Shown here in pieces: positions 56,092 through 64,000 of a stretch of 64,000 nucleotides of DNA; the first letter of the stretch is position 1; every line of letters begins with the position of its first letter. A model generated the notes under the pieces. That model was not told the origin of the DNA, made no database searches, and was given only the letters and a program-made list of their open reading frames with translations. Both the position numbers and the translations under genes were made by a program. Location: assembly GCA_037144045.1 (NCBI GenBank), contig JBAWXN010000004.1, positions 2,839-66,838 on the forward strand. The letters are read 5' to 3'. The DNA is from a bacterium (GTDB taxonomy: Bacteria; Patescibacteriota; Minisyncoccia; Phycocordibacterales; UBA1006).

Positions 56092-56110
56092 AACCGCACC
56101 AGCGGTTTTT
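56092..56110 (+). terminator. rho-independent terminator after rnj
   Basis: aaccgcaccagcggtt followed by a T-run. Confidence 0.55.
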
Positions 56111-56142
56111 TTGTGACGAAAAATAAGTTATACTACATACCT

Positions 56143-57300
56143 ATGAATCCTCGATCATTACTAAGAACAACCTATTTGGCTGGATTTCTTTTTTCATTTC
56201 ATACCGCACTCACGGTATACATTAACTCATCATTTCTTGCCACTAAAATACCAGAATCAATTATCGGGAGTCTCTATACGGCATCGGCAATCGTTTCAAT
56301 TATTGGACTCTTTCTGGTTCCTAAACTTATTGCACGATTTGGAAGTCGACTTATTTTAGGAATTCTCCTCGTTTTTAATTGTGCGAACATTGTTGGTTTA
56401 ATTTTTGCAACGAATATCCTTCTGATTATACTGTGCTTTATCTTTTTCTTTGGTTTTAACACTGTTCTCTACCTTGGATTTGATATCCTTATCGAACACT
56501 GGTCAACCCGCGAACACCAAGGAACTATCCGCGGTACCTACCTTACCTCGCTTAATATTGGCTTTATGCTTGCGCCACTTCTTACGGGGTATATCGCTGA
56601 TCGACTCGGATTCGGAGTACTTTACGCAATAGCACTTACCATCCTCTTTCCTATTATTGGTATCGTGTGTATACAACTACCCAAAGTGCAACAAGCACAC
56701 ACTTCTAAACTACGCGCCATTTCTCTAGCTCATAAATTTATTCGCGATCGTCATCTCCGTGCTGTATTTGCTATTAACGGAACCCTTCAGTTTTTCTATG
56801 TATGGATGACCATCTACACTCCTATTTACCTTCATGAACACGTTGGAATTAGTTGGGATAAGCTAGGACTCATGTTTACCATCATGCTTTCTGCGTTTGT
56901 ATTATTCCAATACATTACTGGTAAAATTGCAGACCGCTTCCATAGCGAAAAAATAATGATGTTCTTTGGACTCATGATCATGGGTGGTGCAACACTATTC
57001 ATTGCACAAGCCCCTAGTATGTCATTTTGGACACTCGCAGGAATACTCTTTATAACCCGTGTTGGAGCCAGTATCGTTGAAGTAATGACTGAAAGTTATT
57101 TTTTCAAACACGTACACCCAGATGACGTAGGTTCAATCGGTTTTTTTAGAAACACCTATCCGTTTGCATCTATCATTGCCTCCCTACTAGGGGCTGTATT
57201 ACTCCAATGGATACCACTCTGGCTCCTCTTTATATTCCTAGGAACTTTGTGCTGTGTAAGTACCTTGTGGATTATCACGCTCAATAAAAAAGCCGCGTAA
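56143..57300 (+). CDS. MFS transporter
   Basis: 12-TM profile with MFS motif-A-like GxLxDRxG (GYIADRLGFG and GKIADRFHS). Confidence 0.75.
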   Translation: MNPRSLLRTTYLAGFLFSFHTALTVYINSSFLATKIPESIIGSLYTASAIVSIIGLFLVPKLIARFGSRLILGILLVFNCANIVGLIFATNILLIILCFIFFFGFNTVLYLGFDILIEHWSTREHQGTIRGTYLTSLNIGFMLAPLLTGYIADRLGFGVLYAIALTILFPIIGIVCIQLPKVQQAHTSKLRAISLAHKFIRDRHLRAVFAINGTLQFFYVWMTIYTPIYLHEHVGISWDKLGLMFTIMLSAFVLFQYITGKIADRFHSEKIMMFFGLMIMGGATLFIAQAPSMSFWTLAGILFITRVGASIVEVMTESYFFKHVHPDDVGSIGFFRNTYPFASIIASLLGAVLLQWIPLWLLFIFLGTLCCVSTLWIITLNKKAA

Positions 57301-57312
57301 CGCGGTTTTTTT
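57293..57312. terminator. bidirectional hairpin terminator between the MFS gene and the ABC ATPase
   Basis: ccgcgtaacgcgg flanked by an A-run and a T-run. Confidence 0.5.
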
Positions 57313-57976
57313 ATTGAGCAATAATTTTACCATCAGACAACGTAATAACACGATCACAGTAAACCGTATATTCCGGTTCATGGGTCACCATAACAATAGT
57401 CTGCCCAGCTGCATGTAATGAACGAAAGATATCAATTACCGCCTTACTTGATTCACTATCAAGGTTTGCCGTTGGTTCATCTGCAAATAAAATTTTTGGA
57501 TTATGAGCGACTGCACGTGCAATGGACACTCGCTGTTGTTCACCCCCTGACAATTGGCTCGGTAAATTGTTTTCACGGTGGGCTAACCCTATCTTTTCAA
57601 GTGACGCAATAGCAATTTTCTTCGCCTCTGATTCACTTTTTTCTTGCATCAGAAGTGGCACCATAATATTTTCAACAGCGGTCAGTTCTGGCACCAATGC
57701 ATAATCTTGAAAGATATATCCGAGATTATCCAGACGAAACTTGGTTCGTTCATCGTGACTCAGCATGGTTACTTCTTGGTTATCAACCATAATGGATCCG
57801 CTCGTTGGATGATCCAAGAGACTCATTTGATACATGAGCGTTGATTTTCCGGCCCCTGACTTCCCCATAATAGCTACAAACTCTCCAGAATTGATCTCTA
57901 ACGAAACCCCCTTAAGGACTTGGGTGAGTACATCACCATTTTGAAATTCTTTTGTAATATTTTTTACTTGAATCAT
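57311..57976 (-). CDS. ABC transporter ATP-binding protein (MacB/LolD-like)
   Basis: Walker A GKSGAGKST, signature LSGGEQQR, Walker B ILFADEPT; start at MIQVKNI. Confidence 0.85.
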   Translation of the reverse strand: MIQVKNITKEFQNGDVLTQVLKGVSLEINSGEFVAIMGKSGAGKSTLMYQMSLLDHPTSGSIMVDNQEVTMLSHDERTKFRLDNLGYIFQDYALVPELTAVENIMVPLLMQEKSESEAKKIAIASLEKIGLAHRENNLPSQLSGGEQQRVSIARAVAHNPKILFADEPTANLDSESSKAVIDIFRSLHAAGQTIVMVTHEPEYTVYCDRVITLSDGKIIAQ

Positions 57977-57980
57977 AGTG

Positions 57981-59237
57981 TTATCGCCCCAGGATACTAT
58001 CCAAGGTATTTTTACGAACAATCATACGAGCCGGAATAAATCCTGCAATAAGCGTTACTATCAACAATAATATAATACGAATTAACGTCCCAGAAGGTTC
58101 TGCAACCAGGATTCCATCAGAGAATGGGAAATTGATAGGGTGTTTTGCAACCAGTGGTACTAATACACCATATAAAATTATTGTACCTAATAATGAACCC
58201 AATACTGCATAGAAAAATGATTGCAATAAATATGATATCTGAATCGCAAGTGAAGACACGCCAATTCCTTTCATGATTCCAATAAATTTTCTACGAGTAA
58301 CTGCGTTAATGAAAATAACAATGAAAATAGTAATAGAAGCTACCACAATTCCAATGGCTCCAATCATATTACCGAGTACTCCGAATGCAAGCTTAATCTG
58401 ATTCAAGAAGTCAGGAATTGCTTCTGTTGCGGTTTGAATCTTAGTAAATTGATCAAAGCCGTTTTTAACAAATATCGCTTTTGATTCATCATCAGTAATT
58501 TGTGCTGTATGCCGCAAGGCGATTTCATTCACGTTCAAACTCCCTCGATCAGTAAGTCGTAAGAAATCACCTTCCGTGATAAATGCACGTATTGATACTT
58601 CACCCACCTTTGATTTAACAATTCCTTTTACCGTGAATTCTTGTGTTTTGCCATTTACTGTAATTTTCACCTTATCTCCTGGATAGGTTCCATCCAGAGA
58701 ATCGAATCCATCCCCAAATGATGATGAAAATCGTCGCAATAAGTTTGCACCCAATACTACATACCCACTTTCATTTGGGTCAAGATAGTCTCCTTCGATA
58801 ACATATTTCGAAATATTCGAAAAATTATCCTCACGTATCGGGTCAATACCAGCGAGCTGAGTCGCTGCGGTATCTGCCTTAGTGTTGAAATCACTACGTG
58901 TTTTATAGTTCGCTTCAACCGCACCTCCTGATAAAAAGCGATATGAATAATCAGCAACGGTGTTATCAGCTTTCATTGTAGCAATGATATCCTGACTCTT
59001 TGCAATATCAGGTTTACCAGACAACGTAGTCATAATAACATCACCCGTGTATTGCTCACGGTTAGCATTATTGCCCCCAACAATTAGCCCAATCAAAATA
59101 CCTGAAACAACTACCAAGTTCAAAAAGGTGAGAGTCATGATAAACACAATAAGTCCAGTAGTCCATCGACTCGCTCGTTTTAGTTGTCGTACCCCTAAGA
59201 ATATTCCTACCTTAAGAGAAGTTCCCAATGTAGCCAT
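57981..59237 (-). CDS. ABC transporter permease, FtsX/MacB-like
   Basis: 418 aa; N-terminal TM helix, large extracytoplasmic domain, three C-terminal TM helices (FtsX fold). Confidence 0.8.
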   Translation of the reverse strand: MATLGTSLKVGIFLGVRQLKRASRWTTGLIVFIMTLTFLNLVVVSGILIGLIVGGNNANREQYTGDVIMTTLSGKPDIAKSQDIIATMKADNTVADYSYRFLSGGAVEANYKTRSDFNTKADTAATQLAGIDPIREDNFSNISKYVIEGDYLDPNESGYVVLGANLLRRFSSSFGDGFDSLDGTYPGDKVKITVNGKTQEFTVKGIVKSKVGEVSIRAFITEGDFLRLTDRGSLNVNEIALRHTAQITDDESKAIFVKNGFDQFTKIQTATEAIPDFLNQIKLAFGVLGNMIGAIGIVVASITIFIVIFINAVTRRKFIGIMKGIGVSSLAIQISYLLQSFFYAVLGSLLGTIILYGVLVPLVAKHPINFPFSDGILVAEPSGTLIRIILLLIVTLIAGFIPARMIVRKNTLDSILGR

Positions 59238-59240
59238 ATA

Positions 59241-60584
59241 TTAAAGTGCTTCTGGATTTACCCGTTCCCCTTCACTGAGCCCCTTCACCACTTCGACCCT
59301 ACTATCACTTCCTCGTAATCCAGGAGTAATAAGTCGCTTTTCGGTCTTGTCATCAGTAACGATTACGTACACATATGACCCCGATGAATCAGTATGAATA
59401 TATGAAGCTGGGATGGTTACCACATTATTTTTTTGTTGCGCGATAATTGTAGCAGTCGCTGTCATTCCTGATCGAATACGATCATCAGCCTTCGCAAACG
59501 AAACCTTGGTTTCATATACTGGTACTCCATCAACAATAGTTTCAGCAGGATTTATTGAAGTAATTTTTCCTGGGAATACCACGTCTTTACCATAGGCATC
59601 AAGGCGAATATCTGCTGACATACCTACGGTTAATTTTGCAACACTAATTTCTGGAACTTTAAGTACTACCTCATAATCATTTTGAGAGATCAGAGTAATC
59701 ATACCTGTTTGATTGGCATCACTTGAAATAGTAGATCCAACTGCTTCACCTTGCTTAACCCCCACCTTTGCAATAGTACCCGCAAATGGGGCATAGATCC
59801 TTCGTTTAGCCATTTGAGAACTCACACTATCAGCGGTAAGCCGTGCGTCGTTAATTACTCGTTCTCGAGTAGCTTTGGCTGATTCATATGCGTTTAAATA
59901 CGTAGCATAGGTTGTTGCTCGCTTGTTTGGAATTGATACAGTCCAGTTGGTTCGTATGTAGGAAAATCCAGGAGGAAATTCAATATAGAGCCCCCGTGAC
60001 CCGAGCGGTACTGATATACCTGGAGCAACGGGTTGATTAAACCCATTTTCAAGTCCTGATACTTCAAAAGAAGCACCCGACGCTGCGTTTGAACCATATA
60101 CTCGGATACGATAATCACCTTCATCACCAGAATAAACCCCAGTGATAGTTGGTGATGTTTCCCGCGCGTTCAAATCATCAGATACAGCCCCTAAATTTCC
60201 TGAAATAAGGTTTCGGTACGCATTTGCAACCAACGCGTCTTGTTCTCGAGTTATTTTTGCAACATCACTTGAATATAAATCGCTTGTGTCGATACTTGCG
60301 AGTAGTTGCCCTTGCGATACCTTATCACCTTCCTTAACCAAGACTCGATTAACACGTCCCTGTCCTGCAAATCCTAAATCAACCTCACTCGCTGATTGGG
60401 TACGTCCTGAAAGGACTACACTGTCTACTACATTCCCTGTAGTAACAGTAGTTATCCCTGTTGCTGGTGAAGCATCTTTGTTTTTAACTAAAATAACAAT
60501 CCCGACAATAATAACTAGTGCAATCATTGCCCAAATTATCTTGCTAGCTTTATAATTATCCCAAACTTGTTTTATTTGTTGCAT
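59241..60584 (-). CDS. HlyD-family periplasmic adaptor (membrane fusion protein)
   Basis: 447 aa; N-terminal TM helix, biotinyl/lipoyl-like and beta-barrel segments typical of MFP adaptors (GxVxxxxxVxVKxGDxVxxGQxL). Confidence 0.75.
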   Translation of the reverse strand: MQQIKQVWDNYKASKIIWAMIALVIIVGIVILVKNKDASPATGITTVTTGNVVDSVVLSGRTQSASEVDLGFAGQGRVNRVLVKEGDKVSQGQLLASIDTSDLYSSDVAKITREQDALVANAYRNLISGNLGAVSDDLNARETSPTITGVYSGDEGDYRIRVYGSNAASGASFEVSGLENGFNQPVAPGISVPLGSRGLYIEFPPGFSYIRTNWTVSIPNKRATTYATYLNAYESAKATRERVINDARLTADSVSSQMAKRRIYAPFAGTIAKVGVKQGEAVGSTISSDANQTGMITLISQNDYEVVLKVPEISVAKLTVGMSADIRLDAYGKDVVFPGKITSINPAETIVDGVPVYETKVSFAKADDRIRSGMTATATIIAQQKNNVVTIPASYIHTDSSGSYVYVIVTDDKTEKRLITPGLRGSDSRVEVVKGLSEGERVNPEAL

Positions 60585-60591
60585 AGTTCTA

Positions 60592-61161
60592 TTATTTATC
60601 TCCAGAATACTGGATTTGATTATCGGCTACTAACGTAAATGTCTTTGTTGACTTCCCTACCTTAACAGAATATTTTCCTGCGGCAAGCCCTTCTACAGGA
60701 ATATCAACTACACTATCACCTGGAACTAAATTTTTAGTACATGGCGCGTCTTTTTGAGCTCGAGACGTAAGACTCACCGTAAATACCTTACCTGATCCAG
60801 TTACAGTCGGCGTATCAAGTACCGCACAATTACCTGAAAGGTTATATCCTACCCGCGCTTGAACTTTTTGTGGAAACGTTTGCAAATTAACCACGTCTAA
60901 ACTTGTTACCCCTACTGGTAATTCGATAGTTTCTACAGCTCCAAGCACTGATGTTGTTACGGAATTTTTAACTGAACTAGACTGATTTGCAGTTCGTACA
61001 GTTTCAGTAGTGACAGTATCTGCTTGCGTATCAGCCTTATTAAGAGACTTTTGAGTAGCGCCATATACCAGCGCAATAATCATTACCACAAGGATAATTC
61101 CTCCAATAATCCATAGAGTCTTTTTACCATTTGATTCATTTTGATCGTAATTCATTTCCAT
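60592..61161 (-). CDS. membrane-anchored extracytoplasmic protein, hypothetical
   Basis: 189 aa; N-terminal TM helix then a Thr/Ser/Val-rich beta-rich domain with two Cys. Confidence 0.45.
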   Translation of the reverse strand: MEMNYDQNESNGKKTLWIIGGIILVVMIIALVYGATQKSLNKADTQADTVTTETVRTANQSSSVKNSVTTSVLGAVETIELPVGVTSLDVVNLQTFPQKVQARVGYNLSGNCAVLDTPTVTGSGKVFTVSLTSRAQKDAPCTKNLVPGDSVVDIPVEGLAAGKYSVKVGKSTKTFTLVADNQIQYSGDK

Positions 61162-61179
61162 ACATTTATTTTAAATTAA

Positions 61180-61947
61180 TTAGTTATTACTTGATAATGA
61201 TTCGTTTATTGATTTTCGTGTCATGGGCCCAGCAATTCCATCATCAACCAGTCCATGATTTTGCTGGTACACACGAAGCGCATCTCGAGTCCTTGTCCCA
61301 AAGAAATAGCCTTCATTACCTCGAGATCCGATACCGGTAGCAACAACTGCTGCATTATGAGTATTTAAAAAACGTTGTAATAATTGTACTTCGTAATCGT
61401 ACACTCCTAACGAAAGAGGTTTCGTAAGCAGTTCAACGTTAGGCTTTTTATCATCATTTTGATTCCACCAAACCGTTGCTTGAGGAATCCTTCTCCCTGA
61501 TTGTGAACCTGTCGGTACTGGGGCCGAGTCAACAGGACCAGAAAGAGTTACTGAGATATTATTTTGAAATAAATTATAATATTCAGAATTAGAAGTCGTA
61601 GTCATTCTTACTGTAACAGTATTAGGACCCCCTTCAACTGCATTCCCTACTTTGGTAAGAGTAATTGTTTTCTGCTGTGACCACTCATTTTGTAAAAAAA
61701 TAACTTTTTTTGGACTTACAGTAACCCGAGGATCACTCGGTGAAAACCTCAGAGTAACCTGACCAACCCCTGATTCACTGGGTGCAATGATAGGGTTGTC
61801 TAAACTTATAGTAATAGTCTGACTATCTCCATTGTTTTGCAAGGTCGTCGTCTGAGGAGTAAGTGAAACCCGTCCGTTCGCTGCACACGAATGGGAACTT
61901 ACCATGAAAATACTTATAATAATAATCGAATAGAGGGTTTTTTTCAT
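61180..61947 (-). CDS. secreted protein with a C-terminal peptidoglycan-binding domain
   Basis: Signal peptide; central Ig-like Thr-rich region; C-terminal LGVYDYEVQLLQRFLN...GYFFGTRTRDALRVYQQNHGLVDDGIAGPMT matches PG_binding_1. Confidence 0.55.
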   Translation of the reverse strand: MKKTLYSIIIISIFMVSSHSCAANGRVSLTPQTTTLQNNGDSQTITISLDNPIIAPSESGVGQVTLRFSPSDPRVTVSPKKVIFLQNEWSQQKTITLTKVGNAVEGGPNTVTVRMTTTSNSEYYNLFQNNISVTLSGPVDSAPVPTGSQSGRRIPQATVWWNQNDDKKPNVELLTKPLSLGVYDYEVQLLQRFLNTHNAAVVATGIGSRGNEGYFFGTRTRDALRVYQQNHGLVDDGIAGPMTRKSINESLSSNN

Positions 61948-62028
61948 AAAATAACAACCTCATTATAGCATAAAACTTATCACTCCCAATCAAAAAACCC
62001 TTTCACAACGAGAGGGTTTTTTGATTCA

Positions 62029-63834
62029 TTAATCGTCTTTACGTTTGTTTTTTGAACGTTCAGATTCTTTCAAGAATTGCTTACGGAGGCGTGTTGATTT
62101 TGGAGTAATTTCCAAGAATTCATCACCTGACATAATTTCAAGTCCTCGTTCAATAGTGATTTGAATCGGTGGAACCAAGAGAATGGTTTCATCAGTTCCA
62201 GAAGCACGCATGTTAGTAAGTTGTTTTCCTTTGGTTGGATTTACCACCATTTCATCACCTTTTGAGGTGTTTCCAACAACCATACCTTCATATACTTCAA
62301 CTTGAGGACCAATATACAACTGTCCTCGGTCTTGTAGGTTTCCAAGGGCAAATCCAAGCACCTTTCCAGACTCCATAGAAGTCATAGATCCGGTAGCTCG
62401 TTTTTCGATTGGTCCAGCATAGGCACGGAATTCCAAGAATCGTGACGCAATAATACCTTCACCTTTCGTATCAATCATGAAGATTCCTCGGTATCCAAAG
62501 AGTCCTCGTGTTGGTCCTTCGAAAATCATACGTACGGTGTTTTCATGAATTTTCATGTCTTTCATGATAAACGCGCGCTTTCCTAGTTTTTCAATAATAG
62601 CTCCTTGGAATTCTGAAGGCACATCTACGGTTACTTCTTCGAATGGTTCTGATTTAACTCCATCAATTTCCTTAATGATTGCTTGAGGCTGTGATACCTG
62701 GATTTCAAATCCTTCACGACGCATGTTTTCAAGGAGTACTGCAATATGCATTTCACCTCGTCCAAACACTTTAAATCCTTCAAGGGATCGGTCTGGATCG
62801 GGATTAAAATCAACACGGAGTCCCACGTTAATTTCAAGTTCCTTTTCAAGACGTTCACGAATTTGTCGTGTCGTTACAAACTTACCTTCACGTCCTGCGA
62901 ATGGTGAGTTGTTTACCAAGAAGTCGAGTTTAATGGTTGGTTCATCAACCGTAATTGCTGGGAGCGCTTCTGCGTCAGCATTAGTTGCAACCGTTTCCCC
63001 GATAAAGATATCTGAGATACCTGCAATCATTACAATATCACCCGCGATTGCTTCTTCTACTTCTTTACGCTTAGTTCCTTCGAACGTACACAATTTGGTA
63101 ATTTTTCCTGAACGGCGTGCGCCGGTCAACGGATTCACAATGGTTACTGATTGTCCGTTTTTAATAATACCTTCGTATACACGCCCAATTCCCAATCGGC
63201 CAAGGAAGTTATCGTATGCCAAGTTAAATGGCTGCATACGGAACGGTTTTGAGGTGTCGTTCGCTGCTGGAGGAACTTTTTCAAGAACCGTATCAAACAA
63301 TGGCTTGAGGTCTACTAATTCATCAGACATTTCTCGTTTAGCAGTACCATCACGTCCAATAGCGTATACCGTAGTAAAATCAAGCTGTTCATCAGTTGCT
63401 CCTAATTCCATAAACAATTCAAATACTTCGTCATGCGCTTTTTTTACATCAGCACCTGGCTTGTCGATTTTGTTTAATACCAAAATTGGTTTCAATCCCA
63501 ATTCAAGAGATTTTTTAAGCACGAATCGAGTCTGTGGCATAGGTCCTTCCTGTGCGTCCACCACCAAAAGTACTGAGTCAATTGATCGGAGTACTCGTTC
63601 TACTTCCGAACCGAAGTCGGCGTGTCCTGGTGTGTCTACAATGTTAATCTTGGTGTCTTTGTAAAAAACAGAAGTGTTTTTTGCGTAAATAGTAATACCA
63701 CGTTCTTGTTCAAGAGCGTTTGAGTCCATTGATACTCCTTCTTCTCGCATACCACACTGTTCAAGCATGTTATCCGTAAGTGTTGTTTTTCCGTGGTCTA
63801 CGTGGGCAATAATTGCAATGTTTCGAATTTCCAT
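62029..63834 (-). CDS. typA: translational GTPase TypA/BipA
   Basis: 601 aa; G1 [11 protein letters not shown]3 DTPGHADF and the BipA-specific C-terminal domain. Confidence 0.9.
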   Translation of the reverse strand: MEIRNIAIIAHVDHGKTTLTDNMLEQCGMREEGVSMDSNALEQERGITIYAKNTSVFYKDTKINIVDTPGHADFGSEVERVLRSIDSVLLVVDAQEGPMPQTRFVLKKSLELGLKPILVLNKIDKPGADVKKAHDEVFELFMELGATDEQLDFTTVYAIGRDGTAKREMSDELVDLKPLFDTVLEKVPPAANDTSKPFRMQPFNLAYDNFLGRLGIGRVYEGIIKNGQSVTIVNPLTGARRSGKITKLCTFEGTKRKEVEEAIAGDIVMIAGISDIFIGETVATNADAEALPAITVDEPTIKLDFLVNNSPFAGREGKFVTTRQIRERLEKELEINVGLRVDFNPDPDRSLEGFKVFGRGEMHIAVLLENMRREGFEIQVSQPQAIIKEIDGVKSEPFEEVTVDVPSEFQGAIIEKLGKRAFIMKDMKIHENTVRMIFEGPTRGLFGYRGIFMIDTKGEGIIASRFLEFRAYAGPIEKRATGSMTSMESGKVLGFALGNLQDRGQLYIGPQVEVYEGMVVGNTSKGDEMVVNPTKGKQLTNMRASGTDETILLVPPIQITIERGLEIMSGDEFLEITPKSTRLRKQFLKESERSKNKRKDD

Positions 63835-64000
63835 AAGTAATTAGAATAATGATTAGAACCATTACTGTACACGAAATTTGACAAAATGTCCAGTATTTTT
63901 CATTGTTTTATAAAACAAAACCCCTTATTAAGGAGTTGTTGTGGTATCTGTTTCAGTTATAGGACTCGGTTCGGGAACTATTGGACTTGGGTCAGTAGTT

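Noticed and set aside
62723-63664. 313 aa Ser-rich ORF on the plus strand
   Set aside because: It lies entirely antisense to typA and has low-complexity composition typical of shadow ORFs.
63941-64000. Possible GTG-initiated gene start (preceded by AAGGAG) running off the window end
   Set aside because: Only 20 codons are visible. It cannot be evaluated.

Overview
This 64 kb window is low-GC (roughly 35-38 % by eye), gene-dense bacterial chromosome using the standard genetic code: long essential genes such as leuS, valS and lepA are uninterrupted. Most of the content is core housekeeping. DNA repair and replication genes are a UvrC-like excinuclease, priA and holB. Cell-envelope genes are rseP, mreB, murA, murB, murI, murJ, ftsA, ftsZ, an FtsB-like gene and secG. 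Translation genes are frr, rpsU, ybeY, valS, leuS, tsaD, lepA, typA and a TrmH-family methyltransferase. Other recognisable genes are trxB, gmk, rnj, an Hsp20, a PrsW-like protease, three tRNAs, several NUDIX hydrolases, a VanX-type dipeptidase, an ABC/HlyD exporter and many small secreted or membrane proteins with peptidoglycan-binding domains. Many proteins are domain-reduced: UvrC lacks the HhH domain, ValRS lacks its C-terminal extension, HolB lacks an N-terminal P-loop, and PriA has degenerate ATPase motifs. This is compatible with a reduced-genome lineage, possibly CPR/Patescibacteria-like, but it cannot be proven from sequence alone. No rRNA genes or CRISPR arrays were found. Findings in order of interest: (1) a ~520 bp element with perfect 53 bp terminal inverted repeats, carrying only a DUF559 (Vsr-like endonuclease) gene, inserted between ybeY and the ftsA promoter; (2) a complete NUDIX hydrolase domain inserted into the CP1 editing-domain region of LeuRS; (3) a PriA homologue that keeps its DNA-binding and zinc-finger regions but has lost Walker A/B; (4) a one-nucleotide frameshift in holB; (5) a P-loop kinase fused to a CYTH domain next to gmk; (6) a 5' block of lineage-specific genes that includes a large secreted protein and an orphan REC-domain protein. 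Starts of several CDS are approximate because the ORF track allows alternative start codons.
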